From Akkermansia muciniphila ATCC BAA-835 (GTDB lineage: Bacteria > Verrucomicrobiota > Verrucomicrobiia > Verrucomicrobiales > Akkermansiaceae): a stretch of DNA of 32,000 nucleotides. The notes under the pieces were generated by a model. It worked only from the letters and a program-made list of their open reading frames with translations. It did not search any database and was not told the DNA's origin. Made by a program: the position numbers and the translations under genes. The first letter of the stretch is position 1. Each line of letters starts with the position of its first letter. Shown one piece after another: positions 26,102 to 32,000 of the stretch. The stretch is taken from the NCBI RefSeq assembly GCF_000020225.1, contig NC_010655.1, positions 780,001 through 812,000 on the forward strand, written 5' to 3'.

Positions 26102-28633
26102 ATGAGCCAGTTTTCTAATTTTCAAAGTAGACCGGATCACATTGAAATCCGTGGCGCCCGTGTTCATAATCTGAAAAATATTGATTTAGATATCCCGTTG
26201 GGCAAGCTGGTAGGAATTACGGGGGTGTCAGGATCAGGAAAGTCCTCTTTGGCTTTGGGCGTACTTTATGCCGAAGGTTCCCGCCGCTATTTAGAGGCAT
26301 TGTCCGCCTATACTCGGCGGCGTATAATACAGATGGCAGAGGCAAAAATTGACAGTATAGAATATGTCCCGGCTGCCCTTGCTCTTCGTCAACGTCCCGC
26401 TGTTCCCGGTGTCCGCAGTACATTTGGAACGGCTACCGAACTTTTGAACTCAATCCGGCTTATGTTTTCCCGCTTGGGAAATCACCGCTGTCCCAATGGA
26501 CATTTGCTTTCGCCATCGGTCAACGTCGCGGCAATGCGTCCCCTTGTCTGCTCTGTATGCGGAGCGGTATTTGACGGTCTCAGCGCAGAAAGTTTTTCAT
26601 TCAATGGCCAAGGAGCGTGTCACACCTGCGGAGGAACTGGAATTGTTCAAGCAGTAGACGAAACAACTTTAGTGCCTGACGAGTCCCTTTCCATTGACGA
26701 AGGAGCAGTTGCGCCGTGGAATTCTTTGATGTGGTCGCTGATGACTAACGTATGCCGGGCGATGGGCGTTCGAACCGATGTACCTTTTTCGGAGTTGACA
26801 GAACAGGAACGGGAGATCGTCTTTCATGGTCCGCCAGAAAAGAAACATATCCTTTATAAAGCAAAGAGCAGCAATCAAGCGGGAGAAATGGATTTTACCT
26901 ATTATAACGCTGTTTATACCGTGGAAAATGCCCTTGCTAAAGTTAAAGACGAAAAGGGAATGAAGCGGGTAGAAAAATTTTTGAAGCGGAACGCCTGCCC
27001 GAATTGCGGAGGCTCCCGGCTCAATAAGCGGGCGTTATCAAGTCTGCTATGCGGAAAAAACCTTGCGGAAATCACCAAAATGACATTAAGCGATTTAACC
27101 GCTTGGATAAAGACGATTTCTGCTTCCATGCCGGAAGAACTAAAAACAATGGCGGAAAGTATCTGCGGTCAATTTCTGCATGTATCAAAACGTCTTTCTG
27201 GCTTAGGTCTGGATTATATTACCCTTGACCGGGCCGGAACAACGCTTTCCACCGGAGAGCGTCAACGCGTGCAGCTTGCAAGGGCTGTACGAAACCGTAC
27301 CACAGGTGTTCTCTATGTGTTGGATGAACCGTCTATTGGCTTACACCCAGCAAATGTAGATGGGCTGTTGGGCGTTATAGATGATCTTATTGCTCATGGT
27401 AATTCTGTGATACTGGTAGACCATGATGTGCGAGTTTTAAAGGCTGCTGATTGGTTAATTGAAATGGGCCCAAAAGCTGGAGAGCATGGCGGACAGATAG
27501 TTGCACAGGGAACGATTAAAGCAGTAGCAAAAAAAACGAGTTCACTCATCGTTGGATTTTTGGCAGACAAGGAAAAACCGGTTATCCGAGAAACGGCAAC
27601 GCCGGAGGCCATGTTTGCACATGGGCATATCAAACTGTCTACTGCTCCTTTGCATACAGTCCATGCCCTTGATTTAGACATCCCCAAAGGTCGGCTGATT
27701 GCTGTAACAGGAGTTTCCGGTTCCGGCAAAACAACACTGATTTTGGAAAGTCTTATTCCCGCCATAGAAGCTGCCATAGCGAAAGCGCCGATGCCTGACC
27801 ATGTGAAAAGCGTGGAGGTAGCCGGTATTGAACGTATAAATCTTATTGATGCAACACCTATTGGCGTGAATGGCCGTTCTACCGTTGCAACATACAGCGG
27901 GATATTAGATGATTTGCGCCGGCTTTATGCAGCTATCCCGGAAGCAAAATCAAAAGGGTATAAAGTAAGTGACTTTTCCTATAATACTGGGTCACTCCGT
28001 TGCTTTGGTTGTGACGGAACAGGTCAAATTACAATGGATGTGCAATTTCTCCCGGACGTGGATATCATCTGCCCGGACTGCGGCGGCTCCCGCTATGGAA
28101 AAGAAGCGGAGGCAATTCGTTATCGCTCTAAAAAAGACAAGGTGAACGCACCCGGTATTTCTCTGCCTGTACTGATGGGGATGACCGTGGAGCAGGCGTT
28201 AGAACGCTTATGTGACGTGAAAAAGGTTAAAGAAAAGCTCCAAATTCTTTCTGATTTAGGTTTGGGTTATTTAACTTTAGGCGAAGCAACTCCTGCCCTG
28301 TCCGGCGGTGAGGCACAGCGGCTAAAGCTGGCGGCTGAAATGGAAAAGGCACAGGACGACGCCATATTTGTATTTGACGAGCCAACGATTGGACTTCATC
28401 CGCTGGATGTACGGATACTAATTGGCGTATTTCAGAAACTTGTTGATGCCGGTGCAACAGTTATCGTCATTGAGCATGATTTAAACATGATTGCCAATTC
28501 CGATTATGTGGTCGATATGGGGCCGGGAGGCGGCAAAGCAGGAGGACAAATTGTAGCAACTGGTTTGCCTAAAAAAATCGCTGAAACGGCTGAAAGCCTT
28601 ACAGGAAAATATCTATGTGAAATAATTTCATAG
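26102..28633 (+). CDS. UvrA paralog (class II / UvrA2-like excinuclease ATPase) lacking the UvrB-binding domain
   Basis: IEIRGARVHNLKNIDLDIP, two Walker A sites (GVSGSGKSS and GVSGSGKTT), two signatures (LSTGERQRVQLA and LSGGEAQRLKLA), two Walker B sites (VLDEPSIGLH and VFDEPTIGLH), and zinc modules CHTCGGTG, CPNCGGSR, CFGCDGTG...CPDCGGSRY. It is 843 aa. Only about 17 residues separate RCPNGH (Cys130, 26489-26491) from VCSVCG (Cys150 and Cys153). Confidence 0.93.
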   Translation: MSQFSNFQSRPDHIEIRGARVHNLKNIDLDIPLGKLVGITGVSGSGKSSLALGVLYAEGSRRYLEALSAYTRRRIIQMAEAKIDSIEYVPAALALRQRPAVPGVRSTFGTATELLNSIRLMFSRLGNHRCPNGHLLSPSVNVAAMRPLVCSVCGAVFDGLSAESFSFNGQGACHTCGGTGIVQAVDETTLVPDESLSIDEGAVAPWNSLMWSLMTNVCRAMGVRTDVPFSELTEQEREIVFHGPPEKKHILYKAKSSNQAGEMDFTYYNAVYTVENALAKVKDEKGMKRVEKFLKRNACPNCGGSRLNKRALSSLLCGKNLAEITKMTLSDLTAWIKTISASMPEELKTMAESICGQFLHVSKRLSGLGLDYITLDRAGTTLSTGERQRVQLARAVRNRTTGVLYVLDEPSIGLHPANVDGLLGVIDDLIAHGNSVILVDHDVRVLKAADWLIEMGPKAGEHGGQIVAQGTIKAVAKKTSSLIVGFLADKEKPVIRETATPEAMFAHGHIKLSTAPLHTVHALDLDIPKGRLIAVTGVSGSGKTTLILESLIPAIEAAIAKAPMPDHVKSVEVAGIERINLIDATPIGVNGRSTVATYSGILDDLRRLYAAIPEAKSKGYKVSDFSYNTGSLRCFGCDGTGQITMDVQFLPDVDIICPDCGGSRYGKEAEAIRYRSKKDKVNAPGISLPVLMGMTVEQALERLCDVKKVKEKLQILSDLGLGYLTLGEATPALSGGEAQRLKLAAEMEKAQDDAIFVFDEPTIGLHPLDVRILIGVFQKLVDAGATVIVIEHDLNMIANSDYVVDMGPGGGKAGGQIVATGLPKKIAETAESLTGKYLCEIIS

Positions 28634-28703
28634 AAACGTAAATCTGTAGGACGACGGTAAAAGAAAAAGCCGTCGTGCAACAGCATTTTGATACTCCCAA
28701 ATT

Positions 28704-28745
28704 AAAAAACGGCGGTCTCGGGATTCTCAAAGCCGCCGTTTTTTA
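28704..28745 (+). terminator. rho-independent (bidirectional-looking) terminator after the UvrA-like gene
   Basis: AAAAAACGGCGG (28704-28715) pairs with CCGCCGTTTTTT (28733-28744). The GC stem is flanked by an A-run and a T-run. The loop is fairly large at 17 nt. Confidence 0.6.
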
Positions 28746-29026
28746 TCCTCTCTCTGAATGTCTGACCTTCACGGTTCTGCGCATATCAAGGCTCTTTTCG
28801 TAAAATTAGTAATTGACTTCTCCATATCCGCGAAAATAACTGTTTTCAAGAATTTTTAGAGATAATCAAAATTGTTGCTATAAAAAATGAATTGACCTGG
28901 ATGTTCTTGAAATTCCTTCCCGGCTCAAAACTGAAAAAACATGTCATGATTAAATTATTTGAAGAAGAAATATAACCAATTCATCATGAATAATTTTAAT
29001 TATTATTTTCATTAATTTCTCTCATG

Positions 29027-29052
29027 TCATTCCGGTGAACGAACCGGAATGA
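29027..29052. repeat. perfect 10-bp inverted repeat upstream of the autotransporter gene
   Basis: TCATTCCGGT (29027-29036), GAACGA, ACCGGAATGA (29043-29052). It lies 75 nt upstream of ATG 29127 and no T-run follows, so it is more likely an operator or 5' UTR hairpin than a terminator. Confidence 0.5.
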
Positions 29053-29126
29053 GAATCATCTAAAATCTCGGGCGCCGTGATTGTCACGAACGCATAACCA
29101 TCTAATCATTAAACAAATAAAAAAGC

Positions 29127-32000
29127 ATGAAATTAAGACTCCCACATATGCTGCTGGCGGCTGTTATCGCCTGCCTTGGCAGTTTCTCCGTTGCTACGGC
29201 AGCTGACTATGCAGTCAACAGTGCCGATGAATTCGTTACGGCCTGGAACCAGGCTGCCGCTTCCAATGAAGCTTCAACCATCACGATTACCGTACCTTCC
29301 GGCTCCGATAATATTACGCTGACCCAAGAGCAACGAGCCCAGTTGAACGCCATCTCCGGAACGGGCAACGTCACCATTCAAATGACGGACGCCAGCAACA
29401 AACTGGTTAATTTCAATTACGATCTGGTTAACAACCAAGTCAGTTTCAACGACGTCACCTTGAGTGAACCTCTGGGAAGCGACAATGACATTGTGGTGAC
29501 GAATGCTTCAAATACCACAACTATTGATGGCAGGAATATTGCCATCGAAGGTACGAATGATGCTGCCAATCCCAAGACGGTGGGAGCCACCGTCACCTCC
29601 ACGAACGGACAGGTAGGCATCGGCGACAATGTTTCCATGGAAAAAGCCGTTACCGTCACCGGCCAGGCAGCTCAAACCGTAGATCCGGCAACGCCGCCGA
29701 CCGGCCAAGCCTATACCAAGACGACGTACAATACTTACAATAATTCCAACGAACAGGCCGTGGTCCTGGGCAACAACGTCACGATGCAGGATACCGTAAC
29801 GGCGACAGGCCAAATCGTAAGCGATCCGGCATCCAAGGTTGCGCTGAACGGAGATGTGACCTCCACAGCGGGAATCGGAACCGTAACTACGGAACAGTTT
29901 GACGCCTCCAACGCCCAGACCGGCAAAACCGTCATCGACTCTATGGATGACAGCGTCTCCGGCGGCATCATTCTTGGAGAAACCACAGCCGGGGCCGTCA
30001 CCCTCAAAACTGAGGGCGGCAATATTTCCCTGGGAGACAATTCCGTCCTGGATGGCACTACTGTTTCCGCAGAATCCGCCGACCTGAACAAAACCGTTTA
30101 CAGCAATGACGGCGGCAGCTGGAATACCGTCGCAAGCACTGAAAAGCTGGGCACCATCGAAGGCAGCGTCACGCTGGGTGAAAATACTACCGTCAAGGGA
30201 AATTCCACCCTGACAGCGGATGACAATATCGCCATCGGCAACAACAGCGTCATCACCGGCAATACCGCCGCTGACGGCGTGATCTCCGCAGGTGGCCAGA
30301 TTTCCATCGGGGACGGTACCCAGGTCTTGGATAACACCGCCACCAGCGACGGCAAAGCCGCCATCAACCTGGCGGACGGGCAAACCCTGTACATCGGCTC
30401 CGGAGCAATCCTTTCCGGCAATACTTCCAACGGCGTTTCCGGTTCCGTGCAGGCTGGCCAAAACACCCAGATCAACGTTTATACGGACGCCACCGCCTAT
30501 ACCTTCATCAATGACGGCATCTCCACCACGGCCGCCGCTTCCACGGCTGACGCCGCTCCGCTGGCTGCTGACCAGACCGTCATGACGAAGACCGGAGCGG
30601 GAACTCTCGTTTACGGCGGCACAGGAACCACCGATACGTTCGGAGGAACCTACCAGCAGCTTGAAGGCAACCTGATCATCGGCCATGCCACCTTCGGCGC
30701 CGTTGACTCCGCCACCGGAGAAGTCGGTCCGCTCCAGTCCATTGACGGCGCCGTAATGGGGACGGACGATACTGTTTACGACATTCGGACGGGACAGGTG
30801 ACCCTGGCGAAGAATTCCACCATGAAGGGAGCTTCCGCCACTTTCGGAGGCGATTCTACCTTGCTGCTGAGCGACGGGTCCGTACTGGACTTCGGCACTC
30901 CCGCCACGTTCCAGGATAATTCCCGCGTAGGCATCCAGGTATCCGACGCCAGCGGCAATCCCGTTCCGCTCGCCCAACTCCGCAAGGGGACGGAAAGCGT
31001 GACGGTCACGCTGAACGGCACGGACATTTCCGGACGCCTGCTGAACAACGTATTTCTGAGCACCACCATGGCTCCGGGAACGGCGGAAGGCACCACCACC
31101 ATCACCCAGGATATGAAGGGCATTGACGGCCCCATGTCCGGCTACAACGGCAACGTTTACACCGTAGCGGCCGCTCTGGAAAACAACCGTCTGAATGTGG
31201 CCGCCGGTTCTCCCGCCGCCCAGTTCTATGAAAACCTGTTCCGGGCCACGAGCGCGGATGAAGCGGCCCGCATCATCCAGTCCGTCAGCGGTGAACACGT
31301 GGTGAACTTCACCTGGGCAGCCAGCCGCACCGTGCGGAACTTCGCCGACCTGGGGCGCATTCAATCCGCCGCCTCCATGGCACGCCAGACGGAAGACACC
31401 GTTGAAGTAGTGGACGCCAAGGGTTCTCCGATCGCCCGCAAGACAATCGCCAGAGGCAACGGCAATATCTGGGTGGGCGGCATGGGAATCTGGGATGACC
31501 AAGATGCCCGCGACGGTGTTTCCGGGTATAAGTATAATGCCGGCGGTTATGCCGTAGGCATTGACTACAAAGCCGCTCAAGGTTCCCTGATCGGCATCGC
31601 CGCCGGTCAAAGCTTCGGCAGCTTCAAGGATAAGACAGGCATCGGCGCCGACTACGACGTCGATTCCTTCCTGGCCATGATTTATGGACGCATGCATCCC
31701 TTCAGGGACAGCAAGTTCACTCTGGACGGCTACGGCGCCTACGGACGTTCCCGTTTCAAAGGTGATTCCTACATCATGGGGTCTGCCGCCAACGGCAGAG
31801 CAGATACGGACACCTTCAGCGGCGCCCTTTACGGCACCTGGACGGAACGTTTCGCACTCGGCAGGGCCTTTATAACACCTTACACGGGTATTGAGTTCAT
31901 GACTTCCGAACTCAAGGGATTCTCTGAAAGCGGACCTTATGGGCGCACCTTCGGCCACGCCCGGGCCCAGAACTGGACCATTCCTGTCGGCATTACGATC
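29127..32000 (+). CDS. autotransporter (type Va) with a beta-helical passenger; 3' end lies outside the window
   Basis: This frame is open for 958 codons to the window edge and is absent from the track because it has no stop. Signal peptide MKLRLPHMLLAAVIACLGSFSVATAA. The passenger is Gly/Asn/Thr-rich and repetitive (GNISLGDNSVLDG, GSVTLGENTTVKGNSTL, IAIGNNSVITGNT). A passenger-associated repeat TKTGAGTLVYGGTGTTDTFGGTYQQLEGNLIIG starts near 30582. Autotransporter barrel strands begin near 31455 (GNIWVGGMGIWDDQ, YNAGGYAVGIDYK, LIGIAAGQSFGSFK). Confidence 0.9.
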   Translation, partial: MKLRLPHMLLAAVIACLGSFSVATAADYAVNSADEFVTAWNQAAASNEASTITITVPSGSDNITLTQEQRAQLNAISGTGNVTIQMTDASNKLVNFNYDLVNNQVSFNDVTLSEPLGSDNDIVVTNASNTTTIDGRNIAIEGTNDAANPKTVGATVTSTNGQVGIGDNVSMEKAVTVTGQAAQTVDPATPPTGQAYTKTTYNTYNNSNEQAVVLGNNVTMQDTVTATGQIVSDPASKVALNGDVTSTAGIGTVTTEQFDASNAQTGKTVIDSMDDSVSGGIILGETTAGAVTLKTEGGNISLGDNSVLDGTTVSAESADLNKTVYSNDGGSWNTVASTEKLGTIEGSVTLGENTTVKGNSTLTADDNIAIGNNSVITGNTAADGVISAGGQISIGDGTQVLDNTATSDGKAAINLADGQTLYIGSGAILSGNTSNGVSGSVQAGQNTQINVYTDATAYTFINDGISTTAAASTADAAPLAADQTVMTKTGAGTLVYGGTGTTDTFGGTYQQLEGNLIIGHATFGAVDSATGEVGPLQSIDGAVMGTDDTVYDIRTGQVTLAKNSTMKGASATFGGDSTLLLSDGSVLDFGTPATFQDNSRVGIQVSDASGNPVPLAQLRKGTESVTVTLNGTDISGRLLNNVFLSTTMAPGTAEGTTTITQDMKGIDGPMSGYNGNVYTVAAALENNRLNVAAGSPAAQFYENLFRATSADEAARIIQSVSGEHVVNFTWAASRTVRNFADLGRIQSAASMARQTEDTVEVVDAKGSPIARKTIARGNGNIWVGGMGIWDDQDARDGVSGYKYNAGGYAVGIDYKAAQGSLIGIAAGQSFGSFKDKTGIGADYDVDSFLAMIYGRMHPFRDSKFTLDGYGAYGRSRFKGDSYIMGSAANGRADTDTFSGALYGTWTERFALGRAFITPYTGIEFMTSELKGFSESGPYGRTFGHARAQNWTIPVGITI

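Larger units (their letters stand above)
24890..29126. other. low-GC genomic islet (probable horizontal acquisition) with no recognisable mobility genes
   Basis: Sampled 60-nt lines inside read about 35-45% GC (for example 26101-26160 is 27/60 and 26161-26220 is 21/60). A typical flanking line reads about 65% (20101-20160 is 40/60). The three genes inside use A/T-ending codons, unlike the rest of the window. Boundaries are approximate. Confidence 0.6.

Noticed and set aside
22523-28633. A Gabija-like or other defence pairing of a UvrD-like helicase with a nearby ABC-type ATPase.
   Set aside because: The ATPase has the full UvrA architecture (tandem ABC plus zinc modules), not an OLD/TOPRIM nuclease-ATPase. 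The helicase has native GC and housekeeping PcrA/UvrD motifs. The two are separated by a compositional boundary, a 435-bp gap and two unrelated genes.
28651-28676. A hairpin, ACGACGG...CCGTCGT, immediately after the UvrA-like stop codon.
   Set aside because: The stem is 7 bp with a 12-nt A-rich loop and no following T-run. The stronger terminator candidate is at 28704-28745.
28746-29126. Tiny ORFs in the AT-rich region: MIKLFEEEI, MNNFNYYFH and a minus-strand MEKSITNFTKRALICAEP.
   Set aside because: They are 9-18 codons long, have no ribosome-binding context, and are expected by chance in AT-rich DNA.
29508-31958. An 816-aa minus-strand ORF, the longest listed in the track for this region.
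   Set aside because: The plus strand carries an open frame from ATG 29127 to the window edge with a signal peptide, beta-helix repeats and autotransporter barrel strands. The minus ORF is its Gly/Ala/Val-rich shadow. The plus frame is missing from the track only because it has no stop within the window.
1-32000. A search by eye for tRNA, rRNA, CRISPR arrays, IS elements, integrases, toxin-antitoxin pairs and phage genes.
   Set aside because: I saw no cloverleaf-like or rRNA-like segments, no regularly spaced direct repeats, and no transposase or integrase-like translations in any listed ORF. Absence is by inspection only and should be confirmed with the appropriate scanners.

Overview
Read by eye only. 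All GC values are rough estimates from a few sampled 60-nt lines, and no search or computation was run. The window is a gene-dense, high-GC (about 55-65%) chromosome segment from a diderm bacterium. Gene content and protein style suggest Verrucomicrobiota, possibly Akkermansia-like, but that is inference only. Most of it is housekeeping: recA, a cell-wall amidase, lipB, leuCD, rpsB-tsf (minus strand), a class II chelatase, a co-directional envelope array (kdsA, LptC-like, LptA-like, lptB, HAD phosphatase, mpl, OmpA-family protein) and a UvrD/PcrA helicase. Four things stand out. (1) At 6682-9842 a secreted Deg/HtrA-like serine protease is followed 5 nt later by a collinear lipoprotein paralog in which His, Asp and Ser of the catalytic triad are all replaced, giving an active plus dead protease pair. 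(2) At about 24.9-29.1 kb a sharply lower-GC islet (about 35-45%) carries an HxlR regulator, a divergent flavin reductase and an 843-aa UvrA paralog lacking the UvrB-binding domain. It has no integrase, tRNA or clear flanking repeats. (3) At 9856-11043 a dehydroquinate-synthase-family cyclase appears to lack two AroB-type substrate residues and has no aro gene neighbours. (4) At 11573-12358 an OppF-like ABC ATPase sits alone between two unusually long spacers of uncertain coding status. The window ends inside an autotransporter gene that is preceded by a very AT-rich 380-bp region containing a perfect 10-bp inverted repeat. I found no rRNA, tRNA, CRISPR array, transposase or integrase. Most long antisense ORFs in the supplied track are shadow ORFs of high-GC genes.
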